A stretch of 64,000 nt of DNA from a virus, in the IMG/VR virus record IMGVR_UViG_3300005563_000033, positions 1-64,000 of that record, one strand, 5' to 3'. Shown piece by piece: positions 1 to 8,794 of this stretch (position 1 is its first letter; each line of letters starts with the position of its first letter). The notes under the pieces were generated by a model. That model was not told where the DNA came from. It ran no database searches and was given only the letters and a program-made list of their open reading frames with translations. The translations under genes were made by a program, and so were the position numbers.

Positions 1-80
1 ATAACATGCTGAAAATCAATGCTTTATGCTAAAACTTTAGCATGTCGAACAAAGACATGAGTGGTAATAATACTCACAAA

Positions 81-539
81 TCAGCCTACTTGGGTGGGCA
101 TAGTGGGAAAAACAGGATCACAGATGGCTATTTCTATCCAGCCGGTGGGAAAATCTACCCAGAATTTGACCGCCTCGAAGTGGGCGATCCCTTTATCTTC
201 TGACAGCATACTGTCGAAAACGGCCTTCATTAGGTTGTCTATATCTGGCTTTTGTTGGTGCAGCTTAAAATGCATGATAGCCCTCTTCTTTTTACTCCAT
301 GTTTTGGGCATAGGGATGTAGAATCGAAAGGAGCATCCTTGGGGTAAAATAGTAAAGCCCTTCTCTTTGGCTAAGGCGAGAAGGGCCAGTTTATATTCAT
401 TATATCGTTCCAATCGTTTGAGTCTCTTCAGGCCGCCAGGGAGTAACTTTTCTCTTGGGATTCTGAAAAAAACACGATCTCCTTGTGTCGCTCGGACATT
501 AGTTTGTGGCGTAATATTTAGAATTACTCTCCTTTGCAA
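81..539 (-). CDS. rusA: RusA-family Holliday junction resolvase
   Basis: KPDIDNLMKAVFDSMLSED catalytic motif, preceded by F.FYIPMPK. Confidence 0.85.
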   Translation of the reverse strand: MQRRVILNITPQTNVRATQGDRVFFRIPREKLLPGGLKRLKRLERYNEYKLALLALAKEKGFTILPQGCSFRFYIPMPKTWSKKKRAIMHFKLHQQKPDIDNLMKAVFDSMLSEDKGIAHFEAVKFWVDFPTGWIEIAICDPVFPTMPTQVG

Positions 540-689
540 TTATCTTTTGCGGGTTTTTTCTTTCACCGCTTGCTGCAAAAGTAGGCAAACCATTTCAGAT
601 AATGTTCGCTTATTCTTATCGGCCAGTGCTTTTATCTGGTCAAATAATTCTTGAGACACCGTAGAACTAACTTGGGGATTTCTTGGCAT
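540..689 (-). CDS. Ribbon-helix-helix (Arc/CopG-like) regulator, 49 aa
   Basis: Translated by hand, not in ORF track: MPRNPQVSSTVSQELFDQIKALADKNKRTLSEMVCLLLQQAVKEKTRKR; fills the gap between neighbours. Confidence 0.7.
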   Translation of the reverse strand: MPRNPQVSSTVSQELFDQIKALADKNKRTLSEMVCLLLQQAVKEKTRKR

Positions 690-713
690 TATTTTACGTA
701 ATTAAAGTACTTA

Positions 714-1478
714 CTATTCTATTATCATTTCATTTTCCTCCCACCCTGCCAACAGTTCGGATAGGATGATTAGGGCTTGTTCGAGTCTCATTTTGAACTC
801 ATCCACCCATTCCTGATCTCTTGGAATCTTTACTATCTTCATTCTGAGCTTTGGATTGATGCGCCTGGGGTCATAGGAGGCGAAATAGCAGTAGTTCTTC
901 CCGGTGACTTCCATGTTCATTTGACATTGACAATACTCCGGGAAATGGCTCTCCTTGAACTCCTGGATGGTTTTTAGGAATAGCCGCTGGGTATGAATAT
1001 CGGTATTAAAGGGGCATTTGATCTCTAAAATGGCATCCTCATTCAAAACCTCTCCATCAGGGGACCCGCCAGCAAATTCCCCATATTCAATAAACTTTGG
1101 GCATACATTACCATGATATAGTAATTGCTTGCCAGTAACCCTAACAAATTCATCGGCTGCTAAAAATTCATGGTCTCTGCCCCATTTTAACTGTTTTGCT
1201 TCCCCAAATCCAAGAAAATCAGGGTCTTCAGACACGGTTGTTATCTCTGTTAATTTGGTTCTGATGTAGGTTATGGCTCCATCTCCAAAAAGGGTTTCTA
1301 TTGTCGTCCTTCTATCCAATAAACCACCACGCGGCCCCTTTGGACGTGCCTCAAGCTCGTCTTCGGTCATATCCCGCTTGCCTTTTATGAATATTTTATG
1401 GATTTCCGAGGCGGTGAACCGGCCACGGCGACATTTTAACCATAATTCCTCCTCTTGTGTGAAATAATTACTGCTCAT
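714..1478 (-). CDS. YqaJ/lambda-exonuclease family recombination nuclease
   Basis: WLKCRRGRFTASE, WGRDHE, GGSPDG, LEIKCP, YCQCQ motifs. Confidence 0.9.
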   Translation of the reverse strand: MSSNYFTQEEELWLKCRRGRFTASEIHKIFIKGKRDMTEDELEARPKGPRGGLLDRRTTIETLFGDGAITYIRTKLTEITTVSEDPDFLGFGEAKQLKWGRDHEFLAADEFVRVTGKQLLYHGNVCPKFIEYGEFAGGSPDGEVLNEDAILEIKCPFNTDIHTQRLFLKTIQEFKESHFPEYCQCQMNMEVTGKNYCYFASYDPRRINPKLRMKIVKIPRDQEWVDEFKMRLEQALIILSELLAGWEENEMIIE

Positions 1479-2103
1479 TGGTGATCTCCTTTTTCTTTTT
1501 AGCTAAAAATTGCTTGCTAATGGCAGAAGCGTGGTCCAGAAACTGCCTATCTTGGTGAAATTTCTTGTTTTTACCATATATTTCAGTCAATTCTTTCTGA
1601 TTTTTGGCTGTAAGAAGCTCATCCAAAGCTAAGTCCCGCTCTTTCTCAAAGGCCATATCGATAGTGGGTACATGCTCCCCTTTATCTAGCCGTCCATTAA
1701 GGTGCCGCCCGAATTGTTTGCCCAACTTCTTAGATGCGTTGGCGATACAAAGAGATAAAACCGTTCCTGCGAAGTCCATATTCTCATCTTTGCTACTAAT
1801 TGGGAATGTGACGGCTCCGCTAACCTTCTTTTTAAAGGTCAAGGATTCGCCTTGGACGCCCTCATGAAAAGCCACATACAGAGATAGGGAGCCTGAAGCA
1901 AACCATACATTACCGGTACGATCCAGGCTAAAAACAAAATCATCGGTGCCCCATTCATTAAATGTATCCAGCTTCTCTTCAATTATCCCGATGGGGATAT
2001 AGGCCCCTTCTTTCTTTTCTTCGTCCAAATACCGTATTTCGGACTCATTACATGGCTTAGCCAGCCACGCCCTAAGCTCATCAATTGTTTGAATTTCAAC
2101 CAT
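1468..2103 (-). CDS. Putative Rad52/Sak-like ssDNA-annealing protein
   Basis: YIPIGIIEEKLD and NASKKLGKQFGRHLN resemble Rad52/Sak; adjacent to exonuclease; ATG at 2103 preferred over TTG at 2121. Confidence 0.55.
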   Translation of the reverse strand: MVEIQTIDELRAWLAKPCNESEIRYLDEEKKEGAYIPIGIIEEKLDTFNEWGTDDFVFSLDRTGNVWFASGSLSLYVAFHEGVQGESLTFKKKVSGAVTFPISSKDENMDFAGTVLSLCIANASKKLGKQFGRHLNGRLDKGEHVPTIDMAFEKERDLALDELLTAKNQKELTEIYGKNKKFHQDRQFLDHASAISKQFLAKKKKEITNEQ

Positions 2104-2233
2104 AAAAATAAAAAAGCCCAAGAAGTCCGGGTAGTAGTGGCCTGCATTTCTGCCAGCCGACCGGACCGCTTGAGCGGTAATTTTTTTAATCCACTACCGA
2201 CTACTACCTCGATAATGTGTAAGTACTAAGATA
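2104..2233 (-). promoter_or_regulatory. Promoter (TATCTTAG) plus structured attenuator-like leader
   Basis: -7-like box at 2226-2233; hairpin GCTCAAG..GTCCGG / CCGGAC..CTTGGGC, then a U-tract directly before ATG; upstream GGTAGTAGT is complementary to the hairpin interior. Confidence 0.55.
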
Positions 2234-2237
2234 CGAA

Positions 2238-2534
2238 TTATTTTTCAGTATGTGGAATATCTTCGACTAGGGCGGCAGCTTTAGGGGCAACCAGTTCTTT
2301 AGGTAGGGATTGCATCAATCTTTCACCCAGCCTGGAAGCGGATTCTGTTACGGAGTCCCGGATCAGAGCTAAAAATTCATGAGCCTTGTCTTGGTTGATA
2401 TTGAAGGAGAAGGCTTCGTTTTGCTTATTGGCAAACTCTATCTTTCCCAGATACTTGCCTTTATATTCTCCCCACTCTTCGTACCTGATATTGATGGATT
2501 TAAGCCTCCATTCGGCATCATTTAAAATTTCCAT
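2238..2534 (-). CDS. Hypothetical protein
   Basis: 98-aa ORF with A-rich start, in a co-directional block. Confidence 0.7.
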   Translation of the reverse strand: MEILNDAEWRLKSINIRYEEWGEYKGKYLGKIEFANKQNEAFSFNINQDKAHEFLALIRDSVTESASRLGERLMQSLPKELVAPKAAALVEDIPHTEK

Positions 2535-2537
2535 TTT

Positions 2538-2657
2538 TTATTTATTTAGTCTTTTTAGCTGTATTTCTGTGATGATGGCTGATCCTGAAGCATTTGCAAG
2601 GATTTTGGATATGCTGGAACATCTGCATTTCCAGTTTTGCCAGGGGATTGTGTTCAT
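2538..2657 (-). pseudogene. 39-aa ORF resembling a truncated exonuclease N-terminus
   Basis: MNTIPWQNWKCRCSSISKILANASGSAIITEIQLKRLNK; the RCSS.SKI pattern recalls the start of YqaJ-like nucleases. Confidence 0.35.
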
Positions 2658-2998
2658 TTTTCGGTTGTGGGTTCAGGTGATTCTTTCATTTCTTCCATGT
2701 ATTTTTCCCATCCTAACCTACGTGCAGCTAATATATGGTTGCAACAAAACTGCATCATTGCGCCGGTTGCTTCGTTGTCAACGGCTTCGTTCATGTGTTT
2801 TTGCATCGACTTGCAGTCGTCGCTTTCGTTGAATTGAATGCCTGTGATATTGGGAGACTCTTTCCACCTTACATCCGCATCAGGATGTAAGTCCCACCAT
2901 TCCATTCCAGCGATAACCATTTTACGGCAGGCGTCCTCATAGCCGCCGCCAAAGCCGGATATTTCCCGGCTGTTTTCGTTGTAAGTGTATTTATTCAT
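2654..2998 (-). CDS. Hypothetical phage protein
   Basis: 114-aa ORF (EISGFGGGYEDAC), tightly packed. Confidence 0.75.
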   Translation of the reverse strand: MNKYTYNENSREISGFGGGYEDACRKMVIAGMEWWDLHPDADVRWKESPNITGIQFNESDDCKSMQKHMNEAVDNEATGAMMQFCCNHILAARRLGWEKYMEEMKESPEPTTEK

Positions 2999-3002
2999 AA
3001 CG

Positions 3003-3239
3003 TTATTGTTTTTTAATTAGTTGTGAGTGTTTTTCTGTGCAAGTGGGGCAGATTATTTCAAGACGGGCCGGGGATGTCCAGCCTTCATCTATAAGCATTT
3101 GCGCGACCTGTTCCTTGGTTCCGAATCGCTTTCCAACACAACCACACTTTTTACAATAGGTGCTATACACGGCTGCCAGGGAATCTAATACTGAATAGTA
3201 TTCGGCTTCTGCATCCCATGTATCTTCTTTTAGTGTCAT
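3003..3239 (-). CDS. Small Zn-finger-like protein
   Basis: CKKC...GW...ICPTC. Confidence 0.65.
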   Translation of the reverse strand: MTLKEDTWDAEAEYYSVLDSLAAVYSTYCKKCGCVGKRFGTKEQVAQMLIDEGWTSPARLEIICPTCTEKHSQLIKKQ

Positions 3240-3243
3240 AGCT

Positions 3244-3468
3244 TTACAATTGATTAAACTCTTCTTCGAGTTTGTTTAAAGAGTGTTCTGTGGCGTGCAT
3301 GAATTCATGAATGAGGCGTTCGGATAGGCCATACTTTCGCCCGGCATAACTGATTTCTACTGACTTATCCTTTGCGTTCGTGGCGTCATGCAGCATATTA
3401 AAAATGCCGGTATGGTTATTTATTGCCTTCTGTAGCTTCTCTGCTTCTTTATATTGATCTGGTGTCAT
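3244..3468 (-). CDS. Hypothetical protein
   Basis: 74-aa ORF in a packed block. Confidence 0.7.
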   Translation of the reverse strand: MTPDQYKEAEKLQKAINNHTGIFNMLHDATNAKDKSVEISYAGRKYGLSERLIHEFMHATEHSLNKLEEEFNQL

Positions 3469-3471
3469 AGT

Positions 3472-3687
3472 TTATAATGAGTTAAGTAGTTCTTGTTTGG
3501 TGGGGCAAATTCTATCTTCATCGACATATTTACCGCCAGACACCTTGTATTCTATCTTGGTATAAGACTCTGCGGCCCCGCAATCAGTCACCCTTCCAAT
3601 TACTTCAATGATTGTACTTTCTTGAACCGCATTGCTTTCAATGAAAAAATGCCGATCGCCTATTTCATATTTTGTCTCTATTGTCAC
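3472..3687 (-). CDS. Hypothetical protein (TKY.IGD...TKQELLNSL type, common in Bacteroidota phages)
   Basis: Recognisable N- and C-terminal motifs. Confidence 0.7.
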   Translation of the reverse strand: MTIETKYEIGDRHFFIESNAVQESTIIEVIGRVTDCGAAESYTKIEYKVSGGKYVDEDRICPTKQELLNSL

Positions 3688-3699
3688 TGTTATTTAGTT

Positions 3700-4020
3700 T
3701 TAGATGTGATGGGTTTGATTTTTAAAGAGTTGTAAGAGTTCGGTGGTGGTGTATTCTTTGTTTTCTGCGTCTGGATGTAACATGAGATAATTGCCGGTAA
3801 GCCTCCAAATAACAGGGTTTACTAGATAAGGAGAATTAGACCAAGCAGCTAATTTTATCCACTCTCCAAATAATATTGCCTCTTGTTCCGCCCATTCATC
3901 CATTGCAGTTTCAGGGTCTTGGGAATGTTGTGGGCATGAAACATTGTATACCTTTCCTCCGTCTTTTGCTGGCCAGCATCTACAAGTAATATATTTATCT
4001 AGTATCTCCTGCTTTGTCAT
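3700..4020 (-). CDS. Hypothetical protein
   Basis: Shares the AI.F.EW...TT.E...FK module with 13717..13965. Confidence 0.7.
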   Translation of the reverse strand: MTKQEILDKYITCRCWPAKDGGKVYNVSCPQHSQDPETAMDEWAEQEAILFGEWIKLAAWSNSPYLVNPVIWRLTGNYLMLHPDAENKEYTTTELLQLFKNQTHHI

Positions 4021-4198
4021 CGCTTACTGGTTGGGTTAGTGAAAGGAATTTTTCTTTAGCCAGGGCAAATACCGACCTGTGTTCACTTATGATTTTAAAA
4101 TCTTTTGAACGAATAGGAAATTTGGCAAGATTAACGTCGCAGTGAACTATGTTTTCATCTAACCATTTGAGGTATTGTTCTGTAGCTTCTGGTGTCAT
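3995..4198 (-). CDS. Hypothetical protein
   Basis: 67-aa ORF in a packed block. Confidence 0.65.
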   Translation of the reverse strand: MTPEATEQYLKWLDENIVHCDVNLAKFPIRSKDFKIISEHRSVFALAKEKFLSLTQPVSDDKAGDTR

Positions 4199-4209
4199 AG
4201 TTGTATGCC

Positions 4210-4374
4210 TTAGCTGTTTTTTTGAAAGTAAGATTTAGGTACAATATCTTTTGGTTGTAGTTCGTAGTAAGGATTTTCATTCATCCACTTAGCCATCTTT
4301 GGATTCTCACAGATATAATATAATCCTGATAAGGTATGTAGTACTATATCTCCTTTATTGATCTTGTTTTCCAT
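4210..4374 (-). CDS. Hypothetical protein, 54 aa
   Basis: Translated by hand (MENKINKGDIVLHTLSGLLYICENPKM...); fills a gap. Confidence 0.6.
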   Translation of the reverse strand: MENKINKGDIVLHTLSGLYYICENPKMAKWMNENPYYELQPKDIVPKSYFQKNS

Positions 4375-4804
4375 CCATTAGCTTTTTTCGCTTCTCGTTA
4401 ATTGTGCCCAGTAGTCTGGCGGGAAAGGTTGGGTTGTCTGTTTTCCATTGTTCTAGTTCTTCCAAGGATTGGCAGTTATCTATGTCCGCTTCCATTTGTT
4501 CAATCTTTTTATAGTCAATGGCTGCTGGAACGGACTGAGCTTGCCAATTGGGTTTATCAATTGTTCCCCCCATTGCTAATGGAACAAATTGTTTTTCTTC
4601 TTGGTACAAATGCGGATGAGATTTTTTATGCCATTCGTCCGCTATTTTTTCCAATTCTGACAATGCTCCTTCGGGAGTAAAGATAGTATAGCTTCCATCT
4701 TGTTCTCTTCTTGGTTCATCAAGAGACGCTTCAAAACCCACCCTATCCGTTAAATACGGCCCTATACTGTAGGTCTTTTGGTATGTTACTTTTTCTATTT
4801 TCAT
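4355..4804 (-). CDS. Hypothetical protein
   Basis: 149-aa ORF; C-terminal IDNCQSLEELEQW helical module. Confidence 0.75.
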   Translation of the reverse strand: MKIEKVTYQKTYSIGPYLTDRVGFEASLDEPRREQDGSYTIFTPEGALSELEKIADEWHKKSHPHLYQEEKQFVPLAMGGTIDKPNWQAQSVPAAIDYKKIEQMEADIDNCQSLEELEQWKTDNPTFPARLLGTINEKRKKLMDGKQDQ

Positions 4805-5154
4805 GGATTATTTCTTTTGGCAGCAGCTATTTTATTTCCAGCCCACATTGCGAACCCAGTCCAATCTTCTTGTATTTTTATGGAAACCTTTCGTATGAAT
4901 TTTTTGCCTTTAATATCCCAACCGCAATGGTTTACATATTCCTGAAGGATAGCTACTACATCTTCTGTCTTTTTGATGCCCTTCTTTGCAAGGAATGAGA
5001 TAACGCCACCAGCCGGATTCCCATTATTGCCACGTCCGCCTTCCCAAGGCAGTGATCTATTCCGCGTTCTGGGTATCCCATATCCACGACCAATATACTC
5101 CCCGGTATAAAAGTCAAAGTCTCCGTTGATTAGACCGTCTGCGATCTCTCCCAT
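4801..5154 (-). CDS. Hypothetical protein (MGEIAD.LING-type start)
   Basis: 117-aa ORF with ATGA overlap. Confidence 0.75.
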   Translation of the reverse strand: MGEIADGLINGDFDFYTGEYIGRGYGIPRTRNRSLPWEGGRGNNGNPAGGVISFLAKKGIKKTEDVVAILQEYVNHCGWDIKGKKFIRKVSIKIQEDWTGFAMWAGNKIAAAKRNNP

Positions 5155-5212
5155 ATAATTAATTTTTTATTGATAAGTATTGTCTTTCCTGTATCAGTCA
5201 TGGGGTTTTGTT

Positions 5213-5452
5213 TTATTCGTCAATGTGGTCTTTTCGCCACTGTTTATACGCTTCTCTTGACATACCCATGCCGGTTATGATAACTTTAGCTTCAATCGTA
5301 TCATCATCGAGGTGTATGTCAACATACTTTAAAATGTCTAGAACTTCATCCAAGGACTCGCAAATAGTCTCATCCCATTCCAAAGGCATATTTACTATTT
5401 CTACTTTGTAATAAGTATAGAGCGTTGCTTCATGACCTATAGGGTGGTTCAT
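5213..5452 (-). CDS. Hypothetical protein
   Basis: 79-aa acidic ORF. Confidence 0.65.
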   Translation of the reverse strand: MNHPIGHEATLYTYYKVEIVNMPLEWDETICESLDEVLDILKYVDIHLDDDTIEAKVIITGMGMSREAYKQWRKDHIDE

Positions 5453-5605
5453 TTATACTTCTGATTGATCTACCGGTAATTTAAAAATACTTTTTTCGGC
5501 TTTTATGATTAACCCATCACACCACGCTTTCAAGATGGCAATATCTTCCACATCTTTCACTAGCAAGGAAAGTAAATTATTGTCGTACTTTATATGCACC
5601 TCCAT
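5453..5605 (-). CDS. Hypothetical protein, 50 aa
   Basis: Translated by hand (MEVHIKYDNNLLSLLVKD...); abuts the next gene. Confidence 0.55.
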   Translation of the reverse strand: MEVHIKYDNNLLSLLVKDVEDIAILKAWCDGLIIKAEKSIFKLPVDQSEV

Positions 5606-5614
5606 ATTGAATAC

Positions 5615-5893
5615 TTATTTAGTGTTAGGATATTTTTTACCGCAGAACGGGCAGTAAGTCATAAAGACCTTCTGAGTATATTGAGAGCGCCTTGTAGCGC
5701 GTGAACCGTCTTTTTTCTTTCCGTAATACTCTATCGTAAATGGCAGGCCAATTGCATTTTTAATTGGTGGGCCCCATAACATCGCCTCATTATCAAATCC
5801 TATATGTTCGAAAGAATACACTTTGTTGTGATTCATCTCACCCTTCATCTTGTCAGTCATTTTCTGGGTGACATCCTTTAAACAATTACACAT
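5615..5893 (-). CDS. Zn-binding hypothetical protein
   Basis: MCNC...YCPFCGKKY. Confidence 0.75.
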   Translation of the reverse strand: MCNCLKDVTQKMTDKMKGEMNHNKVYSFEHIGFDNEAMLWGPPIKNAIGLPFTIEYYGKKKDGSRATRRSQYTQKVFMTYCPFCGKKYPNTK

Positions 5894-5921
5894 AGCTATT
5901 TATAGTTATTAAGTGAGGGGG

Positions 5922-6248
5922 TTAGTATTTATCTATCATTTCGGTTGGAAATGGCGGCTGTCTGTATTTTGGATTATTCTCTCGTTCATAAATAGCCCAA
6001 TCCATTCCAAGACCAATGGGATTATTTACGTCAAATACTGTGGTAAAACTTCCGTTCGACTTCCATTTAATCCCTTTTGAGTTTAAGTACTCTCTAAACT
6101 TATCTGAATTAAGCGGTGCTTCGTAGCTTGGGTATAGGGCGTCTACGGCGGCAATTTCAAAGAACCCACTAATTGTCTGGCCCGTTTTCTTGACTTTTTT
6201 CCGCACCTTACCCAAAAGATCGCTGTCTACTTTGATGTTTTCTTTCAT
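5922..6248 (-). CDS. Protein with N-terminal RHH-like domain
   Basis: ENIKVDSDLLGKVRKKVKKTGQTISGFFEIA; promoter box 4 nt upstream of ATG. Confidence 0.6.
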   Translation of the reverse strand: MKENIKVDSDLLGKVRKKVKKTGQTISGFFEIAAVDALYPSYEAPLNSDKFREYLNSKGIKWKSNGSFTTVFDVNNPIGLGMDWAIYERENNPKYRQPPFPTEMIDKY

Positions 6249-6252
6249 GCCA

Positions 6253-6285
6253 CTAAAGTAGTAAAAAGTATTCTATACTTCCAAA
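6253..6285 (-). promoter_or_regulatory. Bacteroidota-type promoter (-7 TACTTTAG, -33 TTTG), leaderless
   Basis: TACTTTAG at 6253-6260; TTTGG about 21 nt upstream. Confidence 0.55.
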
Positions 6286-6325
6286 TATATTTTCAGTCAG
6301 CTATAAAATTCACCAGAAACCATGA

Positions 6326-6366
6326 TAAATAAAAAAGAGCCCCGGTAAGATTCCCAGACAGGCTCC
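6326..6366 (-). terminator. Rho-independent terminator
   Basis: GAGCC(T)..(G)GGCTC stem followed by TTTTTTATTT, downstream of the 6396 gene. Confidence 0.6.
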
Positions 6367-6395
6367 TTTATCGACAGAAATTTATCAGAAAACTG

Positions 6396-6989
6396 TCAAC
6401 TATTTTCTACTGGGACAACTTTACTGGATTCCAGGTAGGCTATTTTGTCGTTATACTCCCCTATGCGTTTCTTGCACTTAGCATATCCTTCGGTCTCTTC
6501 CTTGAATTGCAGCATTTCGCTTTCACTTGAATCTCGCCACTTTCTGTATTTGGCTATCTCCTTGTCAATTACTGCATTTACCTCATAGGAAATATCGTAC
6601 AGTATTTCACTCCACTCCATTTCTTTTTGCAGTTCGGCTATTTTCTTAGCCGTCCGCTCCTTGTGTTTGGCAAGATGATGCGCGTCAAGGGCAGCCAAAT
6701 TTTGTAAATAAAGTTTTGCGAAAAGGATTGCTTCCGACTCGTAGTCGGTAGAGCTTATAACCCGACCGGCATACTTATAACACTTTTCGAAGATGCTCGG
6801 AAGATTATTAAATGCATCCTGAAAGTCGTCGATTTCATTAGGTTCGCCGGAATAATATAGCCGGGCCTTAAGCTCTCCTTCTTTGATAATCTGATTGTTT
6901 TCGAAAAGGCCCATAGAGAAAGACAGGGATTTTTCATTCCCCAATAAATTGAATTGCCCCACTTGGCATTGAATTACGCGAAGTTCCAT
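6396..6989 (-). CDS. Hypothetical coiled-coil protein
   Basis: Long ORF; ATG at 6989 follows an A-rich leader. Confidence 0.75.
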   Translation of the reverse strand: MELRVIQCQVGQFNLLGNEKSLSFSMGLFENNQIIKEGELKARLYYSGEPNEIDDFQDAFNNLPSIFEKCYKYAGRVISSTDYESEAILFAKLYLQNLAALDAHHLAKHKERTAKKIAELQKEMEWSEILYDISYEVNAVIDKEIAKYRKWRDSSESEMLQFKEETEGYAKCKKRIGEYNDKIAYLESSKVVPVENS

Positions 6990-7094
6990 GATTGATAAAT
7001 TTTTTGATGAGCTTACAAGATACACTACACATAGTCATGTATCCAAGAAAAATTCCCACGAAATAACAATTTTACCCACTTAGGTGATGAAACC

Positions 7095-7122
7095 ATGTCT
7101 CCGACATCCATGTCGGTAACAT
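7095..7122. repeat. Palindrome (possible operator)
   Basis: ATGT-CT-CCGACAT-CC-ATGTCGG-TA-ACAT. Confidence 0.5.
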
Positions 7123-7188
7123 ACCCTAACTCATTGAAAACACCGGGAATTACACACCCAATAAAAGAGGATTATTGCTATTTAGGGC

Positions 7189-7518
7189 TTAGTCATCAAA
7201 ATTCCTTTCCCTAAATATCTCCATCATTTTTTCTTCCTCTTCTTCGTCGCCTTCGATGTAGGGAATGTAAGGAGATTGCCGGACAACCCCGAATTTAGAA
7301 ATAACAATTTCAGAGACAGGATCAGCCATAGCCTTTGCTTCGGATTTAACCTTTGCGCGATTGTATTTTAATGGACGACAGCACCAGCAAGAACACGGAG
7401 TAGAATGAGATCGGTAGGCATAATAAGCGCTTTCTTGGGCCAAGGCCAATGGTCGTATCTTTCGTATGCGCCTCCTATAATGGAGCATCTTTAACTCCTG
7501 TCGTCGCCCCTTGTTCAT
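7189..7518 (-). CDS. Hypothetical protein with HSTPCSCWCC motif
   Basis: 109-aa ORF; TAACTTAG box 4 nt before ATG. Confidence 0.7.
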   Translation of the reverse strand: MNKGRRQELKMLHYRRRIRKIRPLALAQESAYYAYRSHSTPCSCWCCRPLKYNRAKVKSEAKAMADPVSEIVISKFGVVRQSPYIPYIEGDEEEEEKMMEIFRERNFDD

Positions 7519-8110
7519 ACCCCTAAGTTAATAAAATAACCCACAGAGACATGTATTTACATCCAACCCAAACAAACGGCGGGACTTTCGGCCAGGGAGA
7601 AATGCGAATGAGCGAAGCCAGCCGGGTCAGCTTTTCAAAATCCAGATTCAAATTCAATAGGCTATAATAAAAATGCGCCCAATCTTGGGAAAGTTATTTG
7701 TGATACCCTGCTAAAATCGCATTAGACGTACGCGCGGTGCCCAAATTTGGCAGATCGACCAATGACTGAACCAAACCACGCAACCCCCTTAATTAAGAAA
7801 AGAATAGCGTGCGGTCATTGCTTCAGCGTACCCCCGCCCAATAGAGCCGGTCGGCCGTCTGGGTCAATTCGTTTATCTGAACCGGGTGGATGTCGTTTTC
7901 GCCGCTGGAATTGCCTGGAATTAATTTCTTTGGGCCCTATTATATGTTATTGGGTTTGAAGGAACTAATTGCTGATACCGGATTGATTGGATTGCCTTTG
8001 GGCCCGAATTGGTGTTTTGGAAGTTATTGGCTTATGGGGATGGAGATTCAATAGGGCCGGGAATAAAGTGTTCTTGTAATTGGGGGAAGGGATTGTTGGG
8101 GGGGGGGGGA

Positions 8111-8310
8111 TCATCTAAGCACCGGCAGACCCTTGTCCTTGATTTTCTTCTTGTTAACTATTATTTTGGCTTGAATTGTGGCATCGAACAGGGTAATATT
8201 GCAGGCTGCTATTCTCTCAATAAGCGCGTAATATTCATCCCTTTGGGCCTCAACTTCCAATATCTTGCTAGCATATGCCTTGATTATATCATCTACTGAT
8301 TGCTTTCCAT
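8111..8310 (-). pseudogene. Frameshifted hypothetical ORF
   Basis: ATG GAA with a good A-rich context is one base out of frame with a protein-like open frame (KQSVDDIIKAYASKILEVEAQRDEYY...VLR*). Confidence 0.4.
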
Positions 8311-8352
8311 GAGCTTTTTTAGTTTATTTAAGAAGTAAAGGTAGATGATTTA

Positions 8353-8383
8353 TTTGTTTCATGAAATATTTATTGTAGCTTAG
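8353..8383 (+). promoter_or_regulatory. Bacteroidota-type promoter (-33 TTTG, -7 TAGCTTAG), leaderless
   Basis: TAGCTTAG at 8376-8383; ATG at 8388. Confidence 0.55.
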
Positions 8384-8387
8384 CGGT

Positions 8388-8726
8388 ATGGATATTATTG
8401 AATGGCTTACTGCCCACGATTTAATAAAAATTAGGCGGCTTTGCGAACTAGCTAAACTAGACCCTGGTAATTTTCATCGGTGGATGAATGTTACCAAAAA
8501 ACTGCCGGTTCATGCTATAGAAAAAATAGTCCCTATTTTAAGGGAATACGGGTATGAACCTGCTTTACAAGAGCAACCAATGAAGATTCCTGAAGACAAA
8601 ATGCTTATAAATAAATCAGTATTCAAGGATGCCCCCGGGAACTATATGGGACATCCTATCCCCAAAGGGCTAACGGGCATAGATTTAAGTATCTGGAAAT
8701 CGGAAATTAAAGAGAAGTTCAAATAA
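8388..8726 (+). CDS. HTH (XRE/Cro-like) DNA-binding protein
   Basis: IRRLCELAKLDPGNFHRWMN; first gene after a divergent region. Confidence 0.6.
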   Translation: MDIIEWLTAHDLIKIRRLCELAKLDPGNFHRWMNVTKKLPVHAIEKIVPILREYGYEPALQEQPMKIPEDKMLINKSVFKDAPGNYMGHPIPKGLTGIDLSIWKSEIKEKFK

Positions 8727-8794
8727 CTCTTCCCTTCAGACTGGGATAAAATGGGTAAAATAGATCGGCTAAAATGGTTGAAAAATAACAAAAT

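Noticed and set aside
1-26. Imperfect palindrome TAACATGCTGAAAATCAATGCTTTA, similar to 7127-7145, as an att or arm site
   Set aside because: Too degenerate, cut by the window edge, and no recombinase in view
7747-8299. Plus-strand ORFs 7747..7959 and 8009..8299
   Set aside because: TTG starts, atypical composition, and one crosses the G12 tract; likely spurious
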